NCBI RefSeq assembly: GCF_009914755.1
Contig: NC_060935.1
Length of the DNA: 64,000 bases
Source of the DNA: the human T2T-CHM13v2.0 reference genome, Homo sapiens
Strand: one strand, 5' to 3'
In this document: piece after piece, positions 1-12,057 of the stretch
Position numbering within the stretch: the stretch's first letter is position 1
How the letters are laid out: the number at the start of each line of letters is the position of its first letter
Made by a program: the position numbers and the translations under genes
The notes under the pieces: model-generated
Seen by the model: only the letters and a program-made list of their open reading frames with translations
Told to the model about the DNA's origin: nothing
Databases searched by the model: none

Positions 1-4
1 GTGG

Positions 5-330
5 GGCCAGGCGCGGTGGCTCACGCCTGCAATCCCAGCACTTTGGGAGGCCGAGAGGCAGGCGGATCACGAGGTCAGGAGTTTGAGACCAGCCTGACCA
101 ACATGGTGAAACCCCGTCTCTACTAAAAATACAAAAATTAGCTGGGCCTGGTGGCTCGCGCCTGTAATCCCAGCTACCCGGGAGGCTGAGACAGGAGAAT
201 CGCTTGAACCCAGGAGGCAGAGGTTGTAGGAGCTGAGATCGTGCCATTGCACTCCAGCCTGGGCAACAGAGTAAGACTCCATCTCAAAAACAAACAAACA
301 TATAAATAAATAAATAAATAATGAATAAAA
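5..330 (+). mobile_element. AluS with A-rich tail; (TG)n follows at ~336-352
   Basis: Dimeric Alu consensus (GGCCAGGCGCGG...TACTAAAAATACAAAAATTAGC...). Confidence 0.95.
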
Positions 331-361
331 AATTATGTGTGTGTGTGTGTGTATGTACACA

Positions 362-690
362 CAATTAGCCCTCCATATCAATGGGTTCCATTATCATGGA
401 TTCAATCATGAATCGAAAATATACCAAAAAAATGCATCTCTACTGAACATGCGCAGACATTTTTCCTTGTCATCATTCCCTAAACAATACAGTATAACAA
501 CTGTTTATGTAGCACTTATATTGTATTAGGCATTTTAAGTAACCTAGAGATGATTTAAAGTATTCAGGAGATGTGCATAGGTTATATGCAAACAATGTCA
601 TTTTACATCAGGGATTTGAGCACCCTTGGATTTTCTTATCTGTGGGAGGTCCTGGAACCAATCCCCTATAGATACTGAAGGACAACCGCA
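362..690. mobile_element. MER2-like Tigger MITE
   Basis: Recognisable MER2 body (GATGATTTAAAGTAT...GGTCCTGGAACCAATCCCC), degenerate TIRs. Confidence 0.7.
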
Positions 691-2266
691 TATATTTATC
701 ACCTCACCTCAAAATCTCTTTATCTTAGCTTTGGATTAGTTAAATGCTAATGTTTCAAATTATTCAATACAGTGCATGAGGCGGATTTCTGCCAACAATT
801 GTTTGAAGTATAGTAAAAAGACTTGCCAATCCTCTGCAGTGTGAATACCACCCGCTATTTATTTTTTGCGATATACTTAAATTACATTAAAATTTTTGCA
901 TATAAGGTGTATTTAAAATATGGCACATTCCTATTTCTTAAATATCCACAAGATAACTATTACCAGCACATAAAATTTTAAGTGCACACACACACCCCCA
1001 CAAAGATGACCCTTGATCTCAGAACTTATAATCACGTGGGACCTATAATCAGAAGAAACATGTAAATTAAAATATGACAATTGAGTATATTCTGTGAAGT
1101 CACTTACAGAGTATATCTGCAATCTTTAGTGAGGAAAGAAGTTTTGGAAAGCATACCCAACTTCCTCAACCACTACTTGGAAGAACTGCCCCTTGATTAA
1201 GACTTGGGTCCCTAGGATGCTTTCAAGTAATAAGTTCATGGCTATAAATACCAGCACCATTCCCCTAATCACTGCTAAAAATTCCATGTATTCAGATGAA
1301 ACTTTCAGCAATTCCCACTGGCCCCTGGAATCAACTTACTGATTAAGTAATCTAGATTAAGTGATCCTATTTTTACCACCATTGCTACCACCACCCTAAC
1401 CTTTGCCTATTATCTCATACAGCTTCCTTCTAAAACAGACACTTCTTTTCTTTTACATTTTGATATCATCTGTTAAGTGTGCTTTATCCCTTCTTATATC
1501 AAAAATGAGTCTACTGTACAGTTATACTCTAGGAGGCACCTTTCATACAAAAAGGTGTGACAGGCACCTTCTAGAGTTGTGCAAGGAAGCAGCTCTGATA
1601 AACTCCTCAGATCTATTTCTGGTCCTCTGTTTAATTCTTAAAAATTACATTCCTAATTTCAAGAATATGTCCTCAAAAATGTGCATTTTAATATAGTGTT
1701 CAACTGGAGCAGCTACAAAAATTTTGAAGTAACAATGTTTTGGAAGACACTACCTTGTATCTAAACAAAACTAAATAAGCCTCTTAATGCCTCATGAGTT
1801 CCATGAAACAGTAATTTGTTATGTTTTTATCAATGTTACTGACTCTATATATAAATTTGTAACCAGGCAATTTCCATAGTCACCATAAAAAATATCCTTA
1901 AATGTCTACTGGCATAGATTTTTATGTCCATAAATTGTTCATGGAATAGTCTGAGCTATGAAGGGAGGTTAAGTATAATCATTCAATATTTACTGAGCAC
2001 CCATGGGGGGTTGCTGACTAGGTACTTGGAGAAGAGATAGAGAACAATACCGAAAACAATTCCTATTCTGTGGAGGAAATGTGCATAAACCCAAAATACA
2101 TAAAAGCAAGATAGCCACTACAGTTTAACAATATTTGAAACTCTATAAATGGTGAGAATAATGCTGGACTGACAGGACCAGGGGGAGTTATTCAGTGATG
2201 TTTTTATGAAAGCGGTTACCTTAAATGTGAATATTAATGGGAGCAAGGTAAAGACAGTTTAAAAGA

Positions 2267-2510
2267 GGCCGAGCATGGTGGCTCACACTTATAATCCCAG
2301 CACTTTGGGAGGCCAAGGCCAGAAGTTCGAGACCAGCCTAGGAAAGAGACCCCTTTCTCTTTAGCAGGGCATGGTGGCACATACCTGTAGTCCTACCTAC
2401 TCAGGAGGCTGAGGCAAGAGAATCCCTTGAGCCCAAGAGTTCAGAGTTACAGTAAGCCATGATCATGACACTACACTCCAGCTTGGGTGACAGAGCCAGA
2501 CCCTGTCTTT
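2267..2510 (+). mobile_element. AluJ with internal deletions
   Basis: Alu arms recognisable; linker shortened. Confidence 0.85.
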
Positions 2511-2959
2511 AGTCCAAGGAATCATATGTGCAAAGGCTAACGGTTTGGTAGTCAAGAACTTTTGGCACAATTGATACCTAACCTGCCTAACTTTCACAAA
2601 AAAGGATAGTTTTGACATAAAAAAAAAAAAGAGAGAGGACAAATAATCAAGAGTTCCAATTAATAACTAATTTTTAAGGCCTTTGGGAAAAAAATTTAAA
2701 TATTATTGTTAAGACTTTTTTGCCCCAGCAGTTTCCTTTCCAAGTCATACTGAACACTCCTTCCAATCTACTTATGGACATAAAGTGGACATAGGGATTA
2801 TGATACCACATCTCTTGCTTGAAATCTTCCAAAAGTTGAGGCACTGTTACCTACAAAATCAAATCCAAAATTACTCTGAGAATTCAAAGGATCCCTTAGA
2901 TCTAGTTCCTCTTTGAGTACTCTTTTGTCCCTTCTAATACACACTCATCCCTAAAGGTG

Positions 2960-3402
2960 CATTTTTTTAGTCTCAGAACCTTCACACTTTTAAAATTGAG
3001 GAGCCAAGAGCTTTCATGTGGGGGTTCTCTACCAATATTTACTGTTAGAAACTGAAACTGATAAATTTATCAACATTAATTCATTTGAAAAATAACAGTA
3101 TTTTCAAAAAACCCCACAATTTAGAAGAGTGGCACTGTTTCACATTTTGGCAAAACTCTATTTTGTGGTTTAATAGGAAATAGTTGAATTATCATTATCT
3201 GCTACTACATTCAACCTATGGCAATATCACACACACATCACACAGCCTCTAGAAAACTCCACTGTACAGTGGTTCTTGAAAGAATAAAAATAGAAAAGGC
3301 AAATAATGTCTTAGTATATGAAAACAGTTTTGAACTCACAAACTTGCTGAAATGGTCTTGAGGACCCCCAAAAGTCCCCAGACCACACCTTAAGAACCAC
3401 TG
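2960..3402. mobile_element. hAT-Charlie-type DNA transposon remnant
   Basis: Ends in AAGAACCACTG (reverse complement of CAGTGGTTCTT, a Charlie-like TIR); family uncertain. Confidence 0.45.
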
Positions 3403-3795
3403 CCAGCAAAGGAGAAAGGCAATACAATGCAGCAAAGATAATCTTTTCAACAAATAGTACTGCACAACTAGATATCCACAGGCAAAAAAAAAAAAAATGA
3501 ATCAGGAGACAGACATTACACTCACAAAAATTAACTCAAAATGGATCACAGACCTAAATGTAAAATGCAAAATTATAAAGCTCCCAAATGGTGACATAGA
3601 AGACAATCTAGATGACCTTGAGTTTGTTGATGACTTTTTAAATACAATGATGAAGGCATGACCCATGAAAGAAAGAACTGCTAAACTGGACTTCATTAAG
3701 ATTAAAATTTTCTGCTCTGTGAAAGGCATTGTCAAGAGAATGAAAAAGACAAGGCACAGACTGGGAGAAAATATTTGCAAAAGATACATTTGATA

Positions 3796-4105
3796 GCCGG
3801 GCTCAGTGGCTCATGCCTGTAATCCCAACACTTTGGGAGGCTGAAGCAGGCGGATCACCTGAGATGAGGAGTTCAAGACCAGCCTGGCTAATATGGTCAA
3901 ACGCCATCTCTACTAAAAATACAAAAATTAGCCAGGCATGATGGTAGACACCTGTAATCCCAGCTACTTGCGAGGCTGAGGCAGAAGAATCACTTGAACC
4001 CCTGGGAGACAGAGCTTACAGTGAGATGAGATGGCCCCATTGCACTCCAGCCCGGGAGACAGAGCAAGACTCCATCTCAAAAAAAAAAAAAAAAGAAAAG
4101 AAAAG
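3796..4105 (+). mobile_element. AluS
   Basis: Full dimer, poly-A, TSD-like aagatacatttgata / aagacacatttgata. Confidence 0.95.
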
Positions 4106-4973
4106 ACACATTTGATAAAGGACTGTTATTCAAAATAAACAACTCTCAAACCTCAACAATAAGAAAACAAAGAACCTGACTTTAAGAACAGGACAATGAC
4201 CTTAACGGACACCTCACTAAAGAAGATATAAAGATGGCGAGTATGCATATGAAAAAAAGTCACATAATCAGGAAAATGCAAATTAAAACAATACCACTAC
4301 ACACCTATTAGAATGGCCAAAACCCATTAACAGTGACAATATCAAATGCTGGTGAGAATGTGAACAGAAACTCCCATTCATTACTGGTGGGAATATAAAA
4401 TGGTACCATCACTTTGAAAGACAGTTTAGAGGTTTCTTGCAAAACTAAAGGTATTCTTACCATATGATCCAGCAACTGTGTTCCTTGCTATTTACCCAAA
4501 CGAACTGAAAACTTATGTCCACACAAAAGACACGCACACAGATGTTTGATGTTTATAGCAGCTTTATTCACGATTGCCAAAACTAGGGAGCAACCAAGAT
4601 GTCCTTCAGTAAGTAAATGGACAAATAAACCCGGGTATATCCAGATAATAGAATAGTCAAGTGCAAAAGAAAAAAAAAAGCTGTCAAACCGTGAAAAGCC
4701 ATTGAGGAAATCGTAAACGCATATTAGTACGTGAAAAAAGAAAATCTGAAAAGGCTATAGACTGTATGATTCCAACTATGACATCTTGAAAAGGCAAAAC
4801 TATGGAGACAGTTAACAAAAAATAGTGGTTGCCAGTGGCTGGGGAAGAGAAGGGATGGCGAGGGGGAGCACAGAGTATTTCAGGGCAGATAAACATTGTA
4901 CCGCTACAACAGTGGATATGTGCCATACAATTGGCCAAACCCATAGAACATACAAACAGCAAGAGTAAACCTT

Positions 4974-5270
<297 letters not shown>

Positions 5271-7116
5271 CCCTAATGTAAACCATGGACTTTGGGTGGT
5301 AAAGATGTCTGAATGTAGGTCCATCAATTTTAACAAATGTACCACTTTCGTGGGGGATATAATATATCTTGATAATAATATAACTTGAGAAATCCTTCAT
5401 TTTCTGATAATCTAACAAATCACAACTCTGAACATAATTTTTAATACAAAGGCTTAGGTTCATCAAGATTCTCTTTTAAAGAACTATCTAACTGCCCAAA
5501 ATGATTCACATACACAGTGAACATACAAAATACTAAAAGGTCAAGTCCAAAATTTTGATTCTCTAGAGAAACGTATAAAGCAGTTTAACTGGGAACATAC
5601 TAAGACAGAACACAAAGTAACGGAAATGCCACTTTAGCTACCAAAAGAACAGGAAGAGCAAATACTAAGACTTTACTTTGAAAGTCTAAGGCTACTTCTT
5701 CCTGGTAGGGCTCTAACCTCTTGCCAAGAAGCCTGTAAGTTTATTTTTCTTACTTCTTTATTTTAAGTGAGAAACCATGAAATTAACCATTTCAGAGCTG
5801 AAGAAAACAAAGGAGAAACAACTATGTCTACGGTGAACTTTCACATTAACTATTCTAAATGATTATCATGGCCAAATAAACAAATATTTTTAAATGAAAG
5901 CAATTCTGATTATTAAAATAGATTATTTTTAAACAATCAGTGTTTTTTAAACATCAAAGTAAATGTTTCATATAAATGTCTCACAAAGCGTATGAAAGAA
6001 AAATGTCAATCACATCTTATGAAGTGTTTCACTTCTCACCTGCCATAGTAACTTTAAATTCAAAGACACCTTTAAAAATTATCCAGATATATAAAATATT
6101 CAGTAAACACAAAAGGTATAGATGCCCAAAGTCTTATACTATTTCTTAACATAGCAAATAAATCCATCAGGGAACAATAATTACAAAAGTATTTCAGAAT
6201 TCATTTGCTAATTATGAATAAGCGGCTACAAAAAATAGTTGAATATTAAGTTCTCTGTAGAGTTCCTCTTTTAAAACACATACTGTTCAGAAACTTAACT
6301 AGACATATCTGGGAGGAAAAAGGATACATTTGTGAATTTTATTATATACCTCAGGCATTCTGTTCTGCCATGGCGACAGAAAAAATAAAAATAAATAAAA
6401 TGCCTCAGGCATTTGACATGTGTGATCAAATCTTACTCATTACTACCACTTTGATAACTCTATTTCTATTTTCTGTATTGCAAAACTACTAAAAGACTAG
6501 TAAGGATAATGAAAAATGAAAATATAAATCATATGACTAATTCTTACAGGAAAGAATAGGAAGCCCAGACATTAATTACAAAATAACTGTCTTCTTAAAA
6601 CAAGATCCTTTTGGAAAAAAAAAAAGTCCCAGTTACCTTACTTTTAAATAAAAGATATCCTGGGACAGATCTTCTACTTTATTTCTTCCTTACATGCATC
6701 TTCTTAGAAATCACATCCTAGTTACCAGATCCTTCTTGACAATACGCAAACTAGGCACCCATAAGATATTATTAACTGAGACATTAAAAACCATTTGTGC
6801 TTTAAAAGGGAATTAATTCAGGTACAGTCTGGTATGTTATACGCATTTTTAATGTAGTTACACAAACCACTAGCCCAAATACAAATTCTACATATGCAAA
6901 ATATTCAAATCCTACTTTTTAAAAACTTATTTCCAATTTCTAGATCCAGTTCACAACATACAAATAACCATGCTGTATCGACCAGAGATATGTTGATAAT
7001 GGATGCTTAGTAAGAACTTGATCTTGATTTTGTTTTAGAAAAGATAAGGCAGTGGTTGAAATGAAATGTCCCTGTAAATTAACTGGGGAAAATATGAATT
7101 AAAAAACAGAGACATA

Positions 7117-8192
7117 CAGGATATGGTGACTCACACCTATAATCCCAGCACTTTAGGAGGCTCAGCTGGTAGAGAGGATCCTTGAGCCCAGGAGTTTGAG
7201 ACCTGCCCGAGCAACACAAGGAGACCCTGTCTGTATAAAAATTAAAAATTAGCTGTGCGTGGTAGCAGATGCCTGTGGTCCCAGGTACTCAGAAAGATTG
7301 TCTGAACCCGGGAAGTCAAGGCTGCAGTGAGATGTGATTCCACCACTGCACTCCAGCCTGGGCAACAGAGTAAGACCCACCTCATTTTAAAAAAAAAAAA
7401 AAAAAAGGAGACATTACAGCCATTAGTATAAATATTACATTTCAGTGAAATATGTCAAAATATAAATGTCCAACGATAGTAAATAAGAATAAAGAAAATT
7501 AAGAATTCATATCAAAAAATAGCATAAGGGCCAGGCATGCTGGCTCACACCTGTAATCCCAGCACTCTGGGAGGCTGAGGCAAGAGGATTACTTGAGCCC
7601 AGGAGTTCAAGACCAGCCTGGGCCACATAGGGAGACCCCCATCTCTCCAAAAATAAAAAGTTTCTTTAATTAACCAGGCGTGGTGGCACATGCCTATAGT
7701 CCCAGCTACTTGGGAGACTGATGTGGGAGGATTTCTTGAGCCTGAGGAGGATAAGGCTGCAGTGAGCCATGATCCTGCCACTGCACACCAGAGACAGAGC
7801 AAGACCCTGTATCCAAAAAAAGGGGTGGGGTTAAGACTAAAGATTGTAAGATCAGATAAAAATGATTTTTATATTAAGAAGTTATAAATTAAAAATTGTG
7901 GGCCAGGCACAGTGGCTCACACGTCTGTAATCCCAGCCCTTTGGGAGGCCGAGGCGGGCGAATCATGTGGTCAAGAGATCCAGACCATCCTGGCCAACAT
8001 GGTGAAACCCCATCTCTACTAAAAATACAAAAATTAGCTGGGTGTGGTGGCATGCGCCTGTAGTCACAGCTACTCAAGAGGCTGAGGCAGAATCTCTTGA
8101 ACCTGGGAGGCAGAGGTTGCAGTGAGCCAAGATCGCACCACTGCACTCCAGCCTGGCGACAGAGCGAGACTCCGTCTCAAAAAAAAAAAAAA
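7117..8192 (+). mobile_element. Three co-oriented Alus (AluJ ~7117-7406, AluJ ~7529-7822, AluSc-like ~7901-8192)
   Basis: Three Alu dimers with A tails. Confidence 0.92.
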
Positions 8193-11100
8193 TTTGTTTT
8201 TTCTATCCTGCAATAATTATGGTTCTTTTAAGCATTCTATACTGCTAAATGGAATTAGAAGCTACTTTCTATGTATATGAATTGCCCCCACCTCCAGCTG
8301 TGAGACAGGATTAAATGAGATGATGAGAAAGTGCCTGGAAAACTGAAGTTCTTCAAATATAAGGGCTGCTATTCCTCTACCTTGATTATGGCTACTAAAG
8401 GCCTAAGATTAAACGGAAATCGTGTTTATTTTTACAAACATATTTCAAGTTTGACAACTCTTTCACACTAGGGATGCTAGTCAACACTATTATCCACTAA
8501 CACCTACAGTATAAGCAAAGCAAAAAAATCTTTCTTCAGTAAGTATATAATGTAGTATGAATTAAGCCATAATTCATGAATTATTAATAATCACTTCCTA
8601 ATGTGGAAAGATCTTGGCGAGAAACTGACAGAAACCACCTCCACACTCTAAGGGCTTATACGAAAAACAACAGTCCTAAGCATATTTTTTGTTAAATGCT
8701 GCCATTTTAAAATGAAATCATTTTCATTAGATTCATATAAATAAGCATCAGTTGCTAGGGGCATTAAAAGGTGCACATAAACTAAGCTTTCACTATAAAG
8801 AAAAATTCCTAAAAGACAAAAAATTACTTGAAATGACAGGTTTCTGTATTAAAGCCTAAAGTTCATGATGTCAACACCATGAACTGTCCGTAGAAGACTT
8901 TTTAATTTTCTCAAAGCATGTTAGTGTGTGCAAGGAAGGTATTTGTTTAGTAAACCACTCACTGGTCAGACTTTACCTAAGATAAAGGTATTTTATTAGT
9001 GAGAACTGATTACAGGACATTTTAATCAACAATGTAGGGAAAATAGTATCCCTGTATTTTAAAACCTCATTGAAAAGAAACAGAAGCACATTAACGACAC
9101 ATATATTTTTAAATCAAATACTACCAGGTATATTCAAGTTCCAAAAACGTGGGAGCTTGTAAACACAGAAGTGGTAGAGAAAAAGAACGACAAATGCAAG
9201 ATTATCCTCCAAACCTAATCCCAGTTACCATCTATCTGCAGTAGTGGCTATAACAAGAGAAATAGCTAATAACATTTATGAAACAACATGCAAATAGCAC
9301 TCTTCTAACCCTACCTATTTTCTCCTCTTTTTGACAATGCTTTAAAAGAACCACTGCTACATTTGAAATAAGACACAAACCTTTACAAAAAAAACTTTTA
9401 AAAGCCTTATCGATTCTTATTTTGAATGAGGAAAGAGGAAAATAGTTCACACAGTCACAACTAGTTTCTTCATACTCCCATACAAAAAAAAAAAACAAAA
9501 AAAAACCAAAAGCAACTAACAAAAGAATTAACACAGTGTCAGGACAAACTGTAAGATTTGGTAGGGCAAACCAAGTAGTATTTGAAGAGCCGTAAATAGC
9601 AGAAACGTCTACTACACGTATCAGATAATCAAAAAATCACATATGGCTTTACGATGCATTTTAAAAAGTTTTCTGTTCATAAGAGTGTCACCATTTAAAC
9701 ATATTCTCCATTCTCTAAGACAAGCAAGGACTGAGAGTTTAAAAGCAGCCTGCATGCATATCTGAAAGAATCAAGCACTAATGCTTTTTTATTTAAAACT
9801 TTTTTCCACAGTGGAGGAACAATCACAAAGAATAATAGGCTTCTGTGTAGCAAAAACTTGTTCTAACAGCATTCATGAGCACAGTAACTTGGAAGAATCT
9901 ACATTTTGTACATTTTTTTTAAAGTGCAAACTTTACGGCCAAAGTCCAAATGAGAAATCAAAACAGGCTTCCAGACAGTGAATTATCTTTCAGGGCATGC
10001 TCACTCTTGCTTCAAACAGTAAAACAAAGTAACTTTCATGTATGATGAAAGTCAGTCAGACTAATGTGTCCAGTCATTTAAAAAGGGAACTTACTTATCG
10101 TGACTATTGCCCTATTTTTCCCTGAAAAGTTTCAGGTCTAAGCTCCATTGGCTTGAGTGATCCAATGAGCTTTGTACCCTGGGGTAAAAGAGCGCAAAGA
10201 AAAAGGAGGGTATTACAGGTGACTTCCAGGTTAGAAAAAAGTTACGAGGAGTTAGCTCTACTAATTGTATCTACGTTAGCGAATGGACGAATACTATGTC
10301 GTGTAAGAGAAGCTAAAGCTAGTTCCTCAAAAGGTAACTGGCATAATTAAAACATCCAAACTCAAGCATCATCAAACATCATTTTGCCAATTTTTTTAAG
10401 GGATGTATGTTATTTGTAAGTAAATTTATTAATCCATTTGGAATTCCAACAGTCTACGCTTAACACTCAAGCTTCTGAATTCAAGCCGCCAGAATTAACA
10501 GTTCCAGGAACTGATAAAAGAGTATCAGCAAAATGCCTTTTTCCATATCCCCATGTGAAAAGCTGGGGGGCAGAGCTGACAGTCACAAACTCACCCCAGT
10601 CAAAAGTATGGACAACACAATGATTAAATTCCACCAGAGGCAAATAAAAATCCCAACTTTCCAGAAAGCTTTCCCTACACCAAATTGAATCCTTTTACTT
10701 TCACTCCCACAAAGAAGGTAATCTGAAATAAAAGTCGGGTAACTGGGTATGGTATTTAAAATGAGTCGAAGAAACTACACTGAAGCTACTATAGAGGCGA
10801 TGAAAAGGTAACCCAAAAGCAGGAGGGAAGGTGGAACAGAAAGCCAGGAAGGGATGGGGGAAGCAGCTAGTGGAGCAAAGGAAGTGGGGGATCCCTTCCA
10901 GGGAGGCAGCCCGGAGGGATAACAAGGATCTGGATGCAAGGAACCAGGCGTTTACTGAAACCCGAAGGAGGCTGATGAAGAAACAATGGGGCTGGGAGAC
11001 GCTCAGGCGAGGGCGACGAGGCGGCACCGGACGGGTGGGAAGGAAGAGCAGAAGGCTGCAGTGGAGACGGGTAGGGGGTGAGAAGCCAGGTGGGGAAGCA

Positions 11101-11389
11101 AGTTGGTTGGGTATGATGGGGTGTGGTAGCGCACCGGGCAGGGAGACGAGGGTCCCCTAGGAATAGGGAGGGGAGTGGCTTGTCAGATTTTGAGACGGGG
11201 AGCGGAGGCCGTGAAGGCAGGTGTGATGGAAGCAAAAGAACACAGCTCAACGGGCACAGGACCGGCCGTGCCAGAGAAGACGCAGGGAGGGAAGAGGCAG
11301 TAGAAGGGTGAAAGACAAGAGAGAGAGAGAAGGACGCGCGCGGGTCGCGCGGGCGCCGGGGAGCGGGGGCCGCGGTCGGCTTCACTCAC

Positions 11390-11519
11390 AGTCCAGGTGC
11401 TTTTTCTTGGGCCCCATGATCTCGTGGGTCGTGGCCTTGCATACTGTCTTGGATACGGCAGAGCCGGTGACACTGTGCTGGGCGGCAGTGATTCGGTCCG
11501 TCAGGCTCTGGCCGGACAT
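11390..11519 (-). CDS. PICALM: PICALM first coding exon (130 nt; start of ANTH domain)
   Basis: ATG at 11519-11517 translates as [43 protein letters not shown], the recognised CALM/PICALM N-terminus including the KKKH PIP2-binding motif; followed by a T|GTGAGT donor at 11389-11384. Confidence 0.98.
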
Positions 11520-11825
11520 CTCTGCAGCTCCTCCACCACCCCACCCGCTCAGCAGCCGGCGGGGACTGGGACCCCCAAGAGCCGGAGGGTCCCCACCCCC
11601 CACCGCACCCCCTACCCCCACCGGCTCCTTCCCCGCCTGCCGGCCTGGGGCGCGGTTCGGGGCCGCGCGCTGCCACCAGTCCAGAGAGAACCGGCTCGTG
11701 TCACCCGCGGAGTCGGACAAGATGTCGGGCACTCCCTTGCCCCCGCCTCAGTTCAGCCCACCCCTTCCCTGGTCAGCTGGAGCCGGGCAGGGTAAGAGGA
11801 ACAGGCAGCTGCAGGAAAATGGCGG
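11520..11825 (-). other. PICALM: PICALM 5' UTR (TSS approximate)
   Basis: GC-rich leader with no upstream AUG; TSS inferred near the YY1/initiator GCCGCCATTTT. Confidence 0.7.
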
Positions 11826-11826
11826 C
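11816..11826 (+). promoter_or_regulatory. YY1 motif AAAATGGCGGC at the probable TSS
   Basis: Match to the extended YY1 consensus, in the orientation typical of TSS-proximal sites (GCCGCCATTTT on the transcript strand). Confidence 0.7.
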
Positions 11827-11863
11827 GCCAGGCTCCTCCTCGGAGCTTTCCGGGCTGCCCCGG

Positions 11864-11873
11864 GTCACGTGAC
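11864..11873. promoter_or_regulatory. CLEAR/USF E-box GTCACGTGAC
   Basis: Perfect 10-bp palindrome just upstream of the TSS. Confidence 0.7.
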
Positions 11874-12047
11874 TCGGACACCGCCCCTCCTCCCTTCTCC
11901 CGCCCCTTTCCCCTTCCCTTTCCTCTTCGACGCCCGCCCTCCCTCGCTCAGCGAGGGAAGAGCTGGGCGGCGCCCGCGCGTTACGTGATGGAACTCGCCA
12001 GGCGGGCGCAACAGGAGGCCCGCCCGAGGGGAGTGCACAGCCGGCGC

Positions 12048-12057
12048 ATCACGTGAC
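12048..12057. promoter_or_regulatory. Second CLEAR-like E-box ATCACGTGAC
   Basis: TCACGTGA core, 9/10 match to CLEAR. Confidence 0.6.
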
